NCBI GenBank assembly: GCA_944325875.1
Contig: CALVBU010000007.1
Coordinates: 26,438-90,437 of the forward strand
DNA from: Candidatus Gastranaerophilales bacterium
GTDB taxonomy: Bacteria > Cyanobacteriota > Vampirovibrionia > Gastranaerophilales > Gastranaerophilaceae
Direction of reading: 5' to 3'
Length of the DNA: 64,000 nt
Part shown: positions 8,570 to 18,506 of the stretch, one piece after another
Numbering within the stretch: the first letter of the stretch is position 1
How the letters are laid out: each line of letters opens with the position of its first letter
Notes under the pieces: model-generated
What the model was told of the DNA's origin: nothing
The model's database searches: none
The model's input: only the letters and a program-made list of their open reading frames with translations
Position numbers and translations under genes: made by a program

Positions 8570-10886
8570 ATTTATTTTTTAAATCTCTCTTTAACTTTAT
8601 AAATGGTATCACAAATGGTTTAATAATTCCAAAGTAAAATAATTTATTTTTTTTATACCATAAATCTGTTTTGTTTAAGTATTTTTGATTTATTTTTTGA
8701 AATTCAGTTTCTTTAGACATATCATAACTTACATTGTCTTTCTCTTGCAATAAGGCATTTTCTATTCTTTCTAAAGCAAATTTTCTAATATCAAGTAAAC
8801 TCTTATTTACTAAATTCTTATCATAATTTAAATTTATACTATCTAACTCATCAATATTTTCAATTAATGGTACATTTATACCTAACTTACCAAATAAAGA
8901 AAAAAACCTGATAGGGGCATGAGTATTTTTAATACAAACAAAAGGTTTATTAAAAATTAAAGAAAATGCAATACAATGGAAAGAATCCGTTATAATTAAA
9001 TCAGAATGAATGATTGCAGCTAACCAATTTTCTACACTATTTCTTTTATTATTAATAAAAATTTTTGCATTTTCATTTCCATCAAATTTAACAACTTCTT
9101 TATTTTCTTTTTTTTGAAAATAATTCACTATTGCCTGTGTTTTTTTTGTTGGATAAAGTATATATTGCATTATTTTATTACTATAATCTTCCTTTACATC
9201 TTTTATTAACCCAATATAATCAGATTTTGTTAAATAAAAAACAGGATCATTTATCCAATCCGCATCACAATGAAAAATATCTTTAAATACCTGTTTTCCA
9301 TGTTCTTCTCTAGTAGATAAATAATCGAATCTATCTAATAAATATTTAAGGTAATCATGTTCTTTTGGATCTTGTGTAGTTCCATCCCATGATCCAATCG
9401 ATCCAGATATCATAATTCTTTTCTTATTAGGATAAGTATAATTAAATAAATTTTGAGTAATAACTTCAAAACTATTAGTCATCAAATTAATTAGATTATC
9501 TGAACCTAAAATAAAACAATCAGACAATTTATTTAATTTTATAAAATCTTTAACATTAATACAATGCGCAGTAAGAGAGAAATATTTTTTTATAAAAGCA
9601 TAACTAAAACCATAAATATTCCCATAGTGGATTAACTTTGAAGAATATCCTAAATCATTTATTGTTTTTTGTAATGCATAAGCAGTTAAAAGGGAACCAT
9701 AATTATTTAAACAATATAATGTCATCAACAAACAATCAGTTTTCTTAGACTTTTTAATAAACAATTTAATAATCTTTTTTATAAATATAGGTAATTTATT
9801 TTTTAAAATGTTATAGTAATATTTCTTTCCCAAAGTTTTTTTAAATAAATGTTCAATTCCAATATAACCATTTCTAGCATACTCATCTAAATAAGTATTA
9901 TCGACTTGCGCCTCTAAAGATTTAACCAAAGGACTATTATATTTTATTAATCTTTTTATAGCAATATCTTCAAATATGAGCTCTCTTTGAATTGATTTAA
10001 ACCACAATCTGCCCTTATTTGAATTTAACAACACTAAAGAAACACCTTTATTTTGGTAAAATTTGTGTTTCAATAAATCTGGATATTCATATTCAAGTCC
10101 CCAAGCATCAGCTACTGTAATATCTGAAACTCTTTCTAAACCTACATATTTACAATTTTGGCATCTTATTGGTTGTATTTTTTTATTAATGAATAAGTTC
10201 AAATAAGAAGAATTATTATTATAAAGAATTTCTTGCTTACCATTCTCAAATGTAATTAAAGCATTACCACAGCTCCACCCTAATCTGCTTTTATTTCGGA
10301 ATTCAAAATTAGTAATTTTCAGTTTATATTTATTTTCTAAAAATTTAACATACTCATTAAATATTTCTTTGCTAGGAGTACCCGTACAGCTTAAATCTAT
10401 CGTTAATAAATTTTCATATTCCACATTTTTAAGAAAAACGTTTAAACCAGCTATTTGACAAGGAGTACCTGAAAATAAAACCAGACGATTTTCATTTAAA
10501 AATTTTTGTACATGTTTATAAGAATAACCAAGCTCACTTTGAACATATTTAGAACCTTGCAATTTATGCAAATCTTTTTCATCTTCTACATATATATGCT
10601 TCACATCAAATCCATCTTTGACTCTTTCCATCGAACAACCAAACACCACACCATTTCGCGAAATGACATATTTTGCTATCGTAGCAAACATTCCTCCAGA
10701 AGAAGATTGCGCTAAAAAATCTTTATCTTTTGCCTGTATTATATATGTATATGGAGTATTCTGTAATAAAATGTTATCTTTTGACATACAGAAATTTTGA
10801 CACATTTCACAATTAACACTTGATTTTCCTTCCATTACAGGCTGTAAAAAAGTATAACAACCTGTACAATTTAATTCATCTTTCAT
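8553..10886 (-). CDS. FrhB/FdhB-like Fe-S flavoprotein fused to polysaccharide pyruvyl transferase
   Basis: N-terminal Cys-rich segment (CTGCYTF...CEMCQNFC) and SSSGGMFATIAKYV motif typical of the F420H2-dehydrogenase beta-like family. C-terminal half carries pyruvyl-transferase-like motifs (GSDNLINL; ITDSFHCIAFSLIFNKPFV). Confidence 0.7.
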   Translation of the reverse strand: MKDELNCTGCYTFLQPVMEGKSSVNCEMCQNFCMSKDNILLQNTPYTYIIQAKDKDFLAQSSSGGMFATIAKYVISRNGVVFGCSMERVKDGFDVKHIYVEDEKDLHKLQGSKYVQSELGYSYKHVQKFLNENRLVLFSGTPCQIAGLNVFLKNVEYENLLTIDLSCTGTPSKEIFNEYVKFLENKYKLKITNFEFRNKSRLGWSCGNALITFENGKQEILYNNNSSYLNLFINKKIQPIRCQNCKYVGLERVSDITVADAWGLEYEYPDLLKHKFYQNKGVSLVLLNSNKGRLWFKSIQRELIFEDIAIKRLIKYNSPLVKSLEAQVDNTYLDEYARNGYIGIEHLFKKTLGKKYYYNILKNKLPIFIKKIIKLFIKKSKKTDCLLMTLYCLNNYGSLLTAYALQKTINDLGYSSKLIHYGNIYGFSYAFIKKYFSLTAHCINVKDFIKLNKLSDCFILGSDNLINLMTNSFEVITQNLFNYTYPNKKRIMISGSIGSWDGTTQDPKEHDYLKYLLDRFDYLSTREEHGKQVFKDIFHCDADWINDPVFYLTKSDYIGLIKDVKEDYSNKIMQYILYPTKKTQAIVNYFQKKENKEVVKFDGNENAKIFINNKRNSVENWLAAIIHSDLIITDSFHCIAFSLIFNKPFVCIKNTHAPIRFFSLFGKLGINVPLIENIDELDSINLNYDKNLVNKSLLDIRKFALERIENALLQEKDNVSYDMSKETEFQKINQKYLNKTDLWYKKNKLFYFGIIKPFVIPFIKLKRDLKNKYAKIN

Positions 10887-12042
10887 TTTCTATCTCCAGT
10901 GCCTTTTTATATGCTTCATATGTCATATCAGCAACATTATTATAACTAAAAAATTCAAAATATTTATCTGATAAAATATTTTCTTTAGGTTCTCTATATG
11001 CACTCAATATTGCATTCTTAATAGAGAGAATATCATAAGGATTACAAACAAAACTATACTCATCAAATTTATAATAATGAATAGGACAATATTTTTCATT
11101 GGAAACAACTACCTGAATACCATTCATTAATGCTTCTATAGTTACTAAGCCTGGGGATTCTCTAAATGATGGAAGCACATGAACCCTAGCTCGCTTATAT
11201 AAATCAAAAAGCTGATCTTCTTCAATTTTACCTGTAAAAAATACATTTCCTCGTTTATTTGCTAAATCTTTCAAATGTGAAAAATATTTTTTATTTCGGA
11301 TTGCACCTGCAAATATAATAGGGATTTCTGGTTTATCCATTAATGACCTAACAACTGCTAATTGATTTTTTAATGGTTCTATACCAGCAGCTTCAATAAC
11401 AAAATCAGATAAATCAGTTAAAACTTTATTATTACATTTACTGTTTAATTTTTCAACATCTACAGCATTTGGAATTGGAATAAATTTATTTTCAACTAGT
11501 TTGTAATCTAGTTCTATATCTTTACATAATAATTTACCTTCTTCTTCCGAATTAGGAATAACTATATTAGATAATTTTATTGTATATTGTCTTGCTTCTT
11601 TACAAGTTTTACATAATGGTAAATTAAATTGTCTTTTGTTATATTTAGGATTAATTTTATAATATATATAGCTTAAAAAATATATAAAGACATTTTTAAA
11701 AATTTGAAGAATCTTAGAATCTCTATAAATATAATAATAAAAAGTGTTAATAAAATATGTATCTTCTAAATTCCAATAAATTGTACTTGTAACGGTCCCT
11801 ATTTTCTTAGATTTAGCCTCTTGTAAAATCAAATGGATATTTTTCTCTGATTTAATACCCCAAATATGAATAATATCATAATCGTCTATAGACAAATTAT
11901 TGATTTTATCTTCTTCGACAATATCAATATTAATTTTGTACTTTTTATTTAAATAATGTTTGGTTTTTTCTATCTGGACAGTATCACCACCCAAGATTTT
12001 ATAACAATCTTTACGAACGATATATAATACTTTTTTTATCAT
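10876..12042 (-). CDS. GT4-family glycosyltransferase (paralog of 14368..15534)
   Basis: N-terminus (MIKKVLYIVRKDCYKILGGDT) and C-terminal E-x7-E-like region (PSFRESPGLVTIEALMNG) resemble group-1 glycosyltransferases. Clear similarity to the second GT4 gene. Confidence 0.8.
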   Translation of the reverse strand: MIKKVLYIVRKDCYKILGGDTVQIEKTKHYLNKKYKINIDIVEEDKINNLSIDDYDIIHIWGIKSEKNIHLILQEAKSKKIGTVTSTIYWNLEDTYFINTFYYYIYRDSKILQIFKNVFIYFLSYIYYKINPKYNKRQFNLPLCKTCKEARQYTIKLSNIVIPNSEEEGKLLCKDIELDYKLVENKFIPIPNAVDVEKLNSKCNNKVLTDLSDFVIEAAGIEPLKNQLAVVRSLMDKPEIPIIFAGAIRNKKYFSHLKDLANKRGNVFFTGKIEEDQLFDLYKRARVHVLPSFRESPGLVTIEALMNGIQVVVSNEKYCPIHYYKFDEYSFVCNPYDILSIKNAILSAYREPKENILSDKYFEFFSYNNVADMTYEAYKKALEIENER

Positions 12043-13439
12043 TTAACAGACTCTTTCTTTTGTATAATAAAATTTAATACTAATCCAAATAGTATGTATA
12101 TATATGTCATATTTAAATTTGAATCATAAATAGTTGAACAAGCATATACAATCATAAATAATATTAAGCCATTAATAAAAACTCGAATTAAACCATAATA
12201 TTTTTCTTTTATTAAACTTAATTCATTAATACATTTATATAAAAATAAATAATAGATCATTATACCAATAAATCCAGTTTCAGAAAAAAGTTTTATAAAT
12301 ATTGAAGATGCAGGATTAGTTTTATTCTTCACTACAAACATAATAAGTTCTTGTGTTAATGGTACAGTAGATGTTGATAATTTTTCTCCAATCATGTATG
12401 ACATATTGCCATAACCAATTCCAAAAATAATATGTTTTAAACCCATTTCAAAACCATTAATAAAAATGATTATTCTAGTTAACAATGACGGTTCTAAATA
12501 TATTAATGAACTGAAAGATTTAAAATTCGATATAACAATTAATACTCTATTCAAATATGTTGAAGATAAATCTACATTAATTAAAATTATTATTAGAATA
12601 ATTACCCAAATAGCAAATATAAATAAATATAAGTTAAAATTCTTCAATATTTTTTTATAAGCTTTTTTTATAACTATAATATATAACAAACTAAATAGTA
12701 TATTAAATATTAAAAATATAGGAGATTGTGTACATATTAGGCAGATCCACATAAAAGGAATCATTGTTTTTTTCAAGACATTATTTAAGTATTTATTACA
12801 AAAAATTCGATATTTCGAAAACGTTAATTCATAAATAATAGGAGAAATAGTCAAAAGATAATAAGCAAAAAATGATGGTTCTTGGAAAAGTGAACGACAT
12901 CGAGAAACTCCGCTACCCAATAAAAATGTATATTCATTTGGTATTCGTAACACTTCAATTATCAATTTTATAAATTGAATATTATATAAATTAGCAAAAA
13001 ACTCAATGAATCCTATTAATAGGGTAATATAAGTGAATAAGTAAATTAATTTTATAAAAAACTTTATTGATAAATAATTTCTTAATATATATACCGTAAT
13101 TATGCAAGGTAATATAACAGAAAAAATTAATCCACCTAAAAAAGAATTAATAATTCCTCCAATATATATACGAGAACATAATACCGCTACAATTATTGTA
13201 ATAATAGCCCAAGATAAAAAATATACTAAATATTTAAATGGAGTTTTTTTAAAAAGTAAAATCATAGTATTTCGAAATTTATTATATTGTACAGCTAAAA
13301 TAAATACCGTACATAATAAAACCACAAGTACACGTATAAATATATATTGGGAACCAATAGTTAAACACATTGAAGGAAATAACATTATTAAAAGAATATA
13401 TGCAAATATATTAGTTAGTGTATTATGAGATATTTTCAT
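12039..13439 (-). CDS. Wzy/O-antigen-ligase-like polysaccharide polymerase
   Basis: 466-aa highly hydrophobic polytopic protein in the glycan operon, with 4-nt and 17-nt overlaps with its neighbours. Confidence 0.6.
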   Translation of the reverse strand: MKISHNTLTNIFAYILLIMLFPSMCLTIGSQYIFIRVLVVLLCTVFILAVQYNKFRNTMILLFKKTPFKYLVYFLSWAIITIIVAVLCSRIYIGGIINSFLGGLIFSVILPCIITVYILRNYLSIKFFIKLIYLFTYITLLIGFIEFFANLYNIQFIKLIIEVLRIPNEYTFLLGSGVSRCRSLFQEPSFFAYYLLTISPIIYELTFSKYRIFCNKYLNNVLKKTMIPFMWICLICTQSPIFLIFNILFSLLYIIVIKKAYKKILKNFNLYLFIFAIWVIILIIILINVDLSSTYLNRVLIVISNFKSFSSLIYLEPSLLTRIIIFINGFEMGLKHIIFGIGYGNMSYMIGEKLSTSTVPLTQELIMFVVKNKTNPASSIFIKLFSETGFIGIMIYYLFLYKCINELSLIKEKYYGLIRVFINGLILFMIVYACSTIYDSNLNMTYIYILFGLVLNFIIQKKESVK

Positions 13440-14355
13440 TTCTATTTCCTACTATAGATTTTTTTAAATCGTCTAAATAAGTATAAATACTATAATCATA
13501 TTTTGTTTCCAAAAAATTTACATTTTCCTCAGCAAATTTATAAGTAGCATTAATTTTGTCACAATGACCTTTGTTTAATTTTAGCATATATTCTTCTAAT
13601 GATTTTGAACAATAGTGATTAATCTGAATTTTACTTACCGAATTTTTTGTAGTAAACGGCCCAAATACTTTTTTATAATTTTCATTCACTCCAAATTTAA
13701 AATTTTTATAGAATGCATAATGTGGATTATTACATGAATATACCTGTAAAGGTTGTAAAATTGTTTTAACATGCAAATTTTCAGGATGATTATCATTCAA
13801 ATATACTCTAGTATAATTTTCTATCACTAAACCTTGAGGTTTTGATTTAAATCCATTAGAATCAAAATTAATCCAATTTATACATAAACTAGGATATTTT
13901 TCATATTTTTTTAAAAAAATCTTTAAATTTTTTGTTTCTTTGGGGACTATAAATTCATCTAAATCTATCAAAGCTAACCACTTTGTTTCATTTTTTGACT
14001 TATAAATTGCATCATTATATACTGGCATCTGCATCGCTGGAGTTGAAACTTGTTTATATATAACTATACCTGTTTTTATATATGGTTCAAGAACTTCTAA
14101 TGGATTATCTGTACTTCCATTATCATAAAGATAAAACCTTTCAACACCAATTAATAAATGATATTCCAGCCACTCTTTTAAATATGGTTTTTCGTTTTTA
14201 AATATTGCACCAATTGATAAATAAACAAATGGATTATTATATACCTCAGAATCTAATGGAATAAGTTTTTTCTTTGGCATTAAATATTTATATAATATTA
14301 TTAATTTATTTCTATTTGGTTTCTTTTCTATTATTTTAGTCTTTATTTGTTCCAT
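13423..14355 (-). CDS. glycosyltransferase (GT2/GT92-like, DUF23-type fold)
   Basis: LSIGAIFKNEKPYLKEWLEYHLLIGVERFYLYDNGSTDN and a DLDEF acidic motif, typical of this glycosyltransferase group. Confidence 0.65.
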   Translation of the reverse strand: MEQIKTKIIEKKPNRNKLIILYKYLMPKKKLIPLDSEVYNNPFVYLSIGAIFKNEKPYLKEWLEYHLLIGVERFYLYDNGSTDNPLEVLEPYIKTGIVIYKQVSTPAMQMPVYNDAIYKSKNETKWLALIDLDEFIVPKETKNLKIFLKKYEKYPSLCINWINFDSNGFKSKPQGLVIENYTRVYLNDNHPENLHVKTILQPLQVYSCNNPHYAFYKNFKFGVNENYKKVFGPFTTKNSVSKIQINHYCSKSLEEYMLKLNKGHCDKINATYKFAEENVNFLETKYDYSIYTYLDDLKKSIVGNRNENIS

Positions 14356-14367
14356 TCTTCAGCCCAT

Positions 14368-15534
14368 CTATATAATTTTTTTATATGCATCAAATGTTAA
14401 ATCTGCAACATTTTTATAACTTATTTTTCTTGCATATTCTGGTGAAATTTTTAAATCTTTTTTTCCTTTTATTATTTTTAATACAGCATTTCTTATACTT
14501 TTACATGAATAAGGATTACAAATTTCCCCATATTTATCAAACTCATAATATTTAATCGGACAATGTCTTGAATTTGAAACTACAATTGGACAACCACACA
14601 ATAATGCTTCTAAATTCACAAGTCCAGTTGTATCATAAAAGGAAGGTAAACAATGACACAAGGCATTCTTGTAAATAGGAATTAAATCTTTTTGTTCTAT
14701 TTGAGAAAGAAACAAAACATTTCCTCTTTTCTTGGCTAATTTTTCTACTTTACTATAAGTTTTTTGACTTTGTATCCTCCCTACAATTAGAATTCCAATA
14801 TCTTTATCTTTATATAAGGCCTTAATTAGATTATACTGATTTTTTGTAGAATCAATTCGTCCTGCAATAACAACATATTTATCAGGAAAATTAAATTTTT
14901 CTAAGGTTTTATTTATATTATTATCATTTGGATCAAAATCAGTTGCATTTGGAACAACAACCGTTTTTTGTTTTATATAATCAATATTTAAATTAAATTC
15001 ATTAGAACATATATACATTTCTTCTATTGAATTTGGTAACAACAAATCAACATTTTTTAAAGCTTCCCTACGCAACAAAATATATTCTTTTGTGCAATAT
15101 AATCCTTTATCTATATAATTACTAAATTTTTCGTGTAATAAAGGTATATTTTTAATAAACACATTAAATATTTTTATCAAAACTTCCTTTATAATATTAG
15201 GCATACTTATAGCTGGTAAACCAATAAATTCCAAATATTTAACATAATAAGTGTCTAAATAATTCCAATGGATAGTTGATAAAACAACTTTTTTATTTGA
15301 ATTTTTAGCCGCTGCAATTAATTTATTTGTTTCATTAATTGTATCTAAATTAAAAATATGTACTATTTTTGCCTCTTTATCTAATAATATTTTTTCAGGA
15401 GATAAGATTATATCAATTTTAACTGGATAAAATTTTTCAAGATATTCCTTTGTTTTTAGCATCTGAAATGTATCACCCCCAGGTTTATCAAAACAATCCT
15501 TTCTATTAGAAAATATTATTTTTAATTTTTCCAT
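14368..15534 (-). CDS. GT4-family glycosyltransferase (paralog of 10876..12042)
   Basis: The track ORF extends to 15558. The ATG at 15534 gives MEKLKIIFSNRKDCFDKPGGDT, which aligns with the paralog N-terminus and overlaps the upstream stop as TAATG. C-terminal PSFYDTTGLVNLEALLCG. Confidence 0.8.
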   Translation of the reverse strand: MEKLKIIFSNRKDCFDKPGGDTFQMLKTKEYLEKFYPVKIDIILSPEKILLDKEAKIVHIFNLDTINETNKLIAAAKNSNKKVVLSTIHWNYLDTYYVKYLEFIGLPAISMPNIIKEVLIKIFNVFIKNIPLLHEKFSNYIDKGLYCTKEYILLRREALKNVDLLLPNSIEEMYICSNEFNLNIDYIKQKTVVVPNATDFDPNDNNINKTLEKFNFPDKYVVIAGRIDSTKNQYNLIKALYKDKDIGILIVGRIQSQKTYSKVEKLAKKRGNVLFLSQIEQKDLIPIYKNALCHCLPSFYDTTGLVNLEALLCGCPIVVSNSRHCPIKYYEFDKYGEICNPYSCKSIRNAVLKIIKGKKDLKISPEYARKISYKNVADLTFDAYKKII

Positions 15535-16418
15535 TATTTTAATCCTTTTTGAATACACTTTAAGCCAAAATTACCCCAAATAAGACTGAGCCAAAAAGCT
15601 TTTTGAATAAAATTATATTTTTCCCAAAAATGTTTTTTGAAAAATTTTTCCATTGATTGAGTAAAAATATAAATACTTTTTATTTTTATTTTTTTGGTAG
15701 TTACCCCTCCAATATGGGTCACCACCGCATCAGGGTTATATATAATTTCTTTTCCAAAATTTTTTGTTCTTATACCCCAATCGGTTTCTTCTTGATACAT
15801 AAAAAACTGTTCATCCATTCCACCAATTTCTTCAAACAAAGATTTTTTGACCATCATACAGCATCCTGATAATGACCAACAATTTTGAATTTTTTCTCTA
15901 TCAAGATGCCATAGTGCATAACCATTAAAAAATTCATTTTTAGGAAATGCTTTTGCAAGACCTATTAGATGAAACAATGTATCTTTAGGATAAGGTTTTC
16001 CTCTTAGACAAGGTTGTTGAAAACTACCACTTTGATTTAAGACTTTTGGTCCAACCATTCCAACATTATCATTTTCATCTAAGTAATCAGACAAAATTTT
16101 AACTACATTATTATGAAAAATCACATCAGGATTCAATATTAACAGATTTCTCCCGTATGCAATTTCCATTGCTTTGTTATTTGCTTTTGCAAAACCTAAA
16201 TTTTCATTACTTTTAAATATCCTGAAATTTTCTTTTTTTTCTAAAATATTATCAATATATTTAAAGCTTTCTTCATTTTTATCGGAATTATTATCTAAAA
16301 TTATAACTTCATAATTAATATCTTGCGTCTGCTTTTCTAAAGATTCAATAGTTTCTTGTAAATATTTTCCAGCATTCCAATTGACAATAATTATTGAAAC
16401 ATCAAAAAATTTATCCAT
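15534..16418 (-). CDS. GT2-family glycosyltransferase
   Basis: VSIIIVNWNAGKYL ... ILDNNSDK ... LNPDV motifs (classic GT2 DXD-type N-terminal domain). Confidence 0.85.
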   Translation of the reverse strand: MDKFFDVSIIIVNWNAGKYLQETIESLEKQTQDINYEVIILDNNSDKNEESFKYIDNILEKKENFRIFKSNENLGFAKANNKAMEIAYGRNLLILNPDVIFHNNVVKILSDYLDENDNVGMVGPKVLNQSGSFQQPCLRGKPYPKDTLFHLIGLAKAFPKNEFFNGYALWHLDREKIQNCWSLSGCCMMVKKSLFEEIGGMDEQFFMYQEETDWGIRTKNFGKEIIYNPDAVVTHIGGVTTKKIKIKSIYIFTQSMEKFFKKHFWEKYNFIQKAFWLSLIWGNFGLKCIQKGLK

Positions 16419-17784
16419 GTCTGCCTCCTAGAGCTAGGAATACTGCTTTTATTAAAATTCCTATTTCCCATAGTAAATTTCTGTGTTTTAAATAATACAA
16501 GTCATATTGAAGCTTTTCTGAAACATCATCTGCAAGTACACAATGACCTTGGTTTATTTGTGCCCAGCCTGTCCAACCTGTTTTTACCCACATACGGCAA
16601 GCATAATATGGGATCTCCTCTGAATATATTTTTACTAAATCTTCCCATTCCGTACGAGGTCCAACAATCGACATCTCACCCTTTAATATATTTATCATTT
16701 GAGGAATTTCATCAAAACGAGCTTTTCTTACAAATTTACAGAACGGAATAACTCTATTATCCTCATCTTGAGGTTCAGTATGACCTATTTGTCCCGCTTT
16801 TGGAACATAATCATTTGCATACATTGTTCTTAATTTATATGCTTTAAATACTTTACCGTCTTTTCCAACTCTGTTTTGAGTATAAATTACATTTCCACCA
16901 TCTGTTAATTTCACTCTTATACCTATATATAAAAGTATTGGAGAAGTTACTATAAGAATTATTAAAGCTGCAATTATATCGTATGCTCTTTTACAAAAAT
17001 CATATATTCTAGAACGATTTTTCATATAATCGTAAAATAGCCAGTTGATTGACATTCTATCTACAAAATATTTACCGGTTACCATTTCATAGAATTCAGG
17101 CATTTTATAGACCTTAACATCCTTTGGAATACTGTTTACCATTTTAGTCAAAAATGATTCTTCCATTCGACGTTTTATCGCAACAATTACAATATCTATT
17201 TGTTTATCTTTTATAATTTCATCAAGTTCATATACTTTCGGAAATACTGTTATATTAGAATCATTAATTATCGCATCGTCTTCCGCATACTCAACAAAAC
17301 CTGCAACATTCATTCTTAATGCTTTTTTAGCAATAATCTCATCTGCAATAAGTTTTGCGTTAGAGTTTGAACCTATTATCAGAACATTTTTAATTTTCTT
17401 TATGTTAAACAAATAATAATGAAAACATCTTCTATAAATTAACAAAGTAATATAAATCGTAAATAAATTAAATAAAATGAATTCAAATGATTTTACATCT
17501 TTGTTAAATGTTAAAAGCAATATAGTTGCTGGGATTTGAGAAAATACAACACCTTCAAACAGAAGATAAGAGTTTTTCAATGTTGAATTAAACTCTCTAA
17601 TCTTATAATTATCTTTTAAAAATAAAACAATTATCCCAGTTAAAGCCGTCAATAGTACCGTAATATCCATATGTTCAGCTGGGAGATTAAAATAGTTAAA
17701 CCAATATACTGAGGATAAGACTAAGATAATCAAATCAAACAAAAACATTATTATAGTTGATTTTGATAGTGTATTATTAAACAT
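16411..17784 (-). CDS. polyprenyl-phosphate glycosyl-1-phosphate transferase (WbaP/EpsL-type priming enzyme, Bac_transf domain)
   Basis: N-terminal TM bundle and a central NAD-like domain. C-terminal RAYDIIAALIILIVTSPILL ... KLRTM ... DEIPQMINILKGEMSIVGPR signature. Confidence 0.85.
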   Translation of the reverse strand: MFNNTLSKSTIIMFLFDLIILVLSSVYWFNYFNLPAEHMDITVLLTALTGIIVLFLKDNYKIREFNSTLKNSYLLFEGVVFSQIPATILLLTFNKDVKSFEFILFNLFTIYITLLIYRRCFHYYLFNIKKIKNVLIIGSNSNAKLIADEIIAKKALRMNVAGFVEYAEDDAIINDSNITVFPKVYELDEIIKDKQIDIVIVAIKRRMEESFLTKMVNSIPKDVKVYKMPEFYEMVTGKYFVDRMSINWLFYDYMKNRSRIYDFCKRAYDIIAALIILIVTSPILLYIGIRVKLTDGGNVIYTQNRVGKDGKVFKAYKLRTMYANDYVPKAGQIGHTEPQDEDNRVIPFCKFVRKARFDEIPQMINILKGEMSIVGPRTEWEDLVKIYSEEIPYYACRMWVKTGWTGWAQINQGHCVLADDVSEKLQYDLYYLKHRNLLWEIGILIKAVFLALGGRHG

Positions 17785-17862
17785 CTATACTCCATACCTA
17801 TATTCAACAATTTTATAATAAACAAATTAAAAAATATATAATCATTTGATTATTTTTTTTAA

Positions 17863-18501
17863 TTATTTTTTATTAGAAATAAAATTACCTATATATTTTT
17901 TACTCAAATTTATAATTAAAATATACAAACTAATAAATGTACCACCCAAAACATAAGCCCCAAGGACGTCTGTAGGGTTATGCACTCCAATCCATATTCG
18001 GCTTACTCCAACGAATATTATCCATAAAATTGCAAATATAATTAATGAAATTTTTAATTTTTTATTTTTACAAAACTTATTAATATACAAAATTACCATT
18101 CCCCACAAACAAATTGTTACCAAACTATGACTTGATACATAACTAAAACTGTCAGGATGAATTGTTGTAATCTGTAATTCTATAGGCGGACGTTCTCTTT
18201 TTAACGTAGGTTTTATTATGCAATTAACCAAAAAGGTTACAAGCGGAATTGAATATAGACAAACTAAATCAATCCATAATTTATTTTTAACAAAATAGAT
18301 TCCAAAAACGGCTAAAGGAAGAACAATCATAATTGTATATAAAATACAATCAGGAAGCATTGGAATCCACAATGGTAAAAATGAGAGTTTTTCCTGTATA
18401 TACATAATAAAGCTCCTGTCCCATTGAGTTATTATGGGACAAGAGTTTACTACGATTGTTAGTATTATAAATACAATTAGTAATGATAACAGTTTTTTCA
18501 T
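17863..18501 (-). CDS. PAP2-family membrane lipid phosphatase
   Basis: KRERPP, SSHS and SRIWIGVHNPTDV correspond to the three PAP2 motifs. Polytopic. The start lies 5 nt after the stop of the upstream radical SAM gene. Confidence 0.8.
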   Translation of the reverse strand: MKKLLSLLIVFIILTIVVNSCPIITQWDRSFIMYIQEKLSFLPLWIPMLPDCILYTIMIVLPLAVFGIYFVKNKLWIDLVCLYSIPLVTFLVNCIIKPTLKRERPPIELQITTIHPDSFSYVSSHSLVTICLWGMVILYINKFCKNKKLKISLIIFAILWIIFVGVSRIWIGVHNPTDVLGAYVLGGTFISLYILIINLSKKYIGNFISNKK

Positions 18502-18506
18502 ATTAT

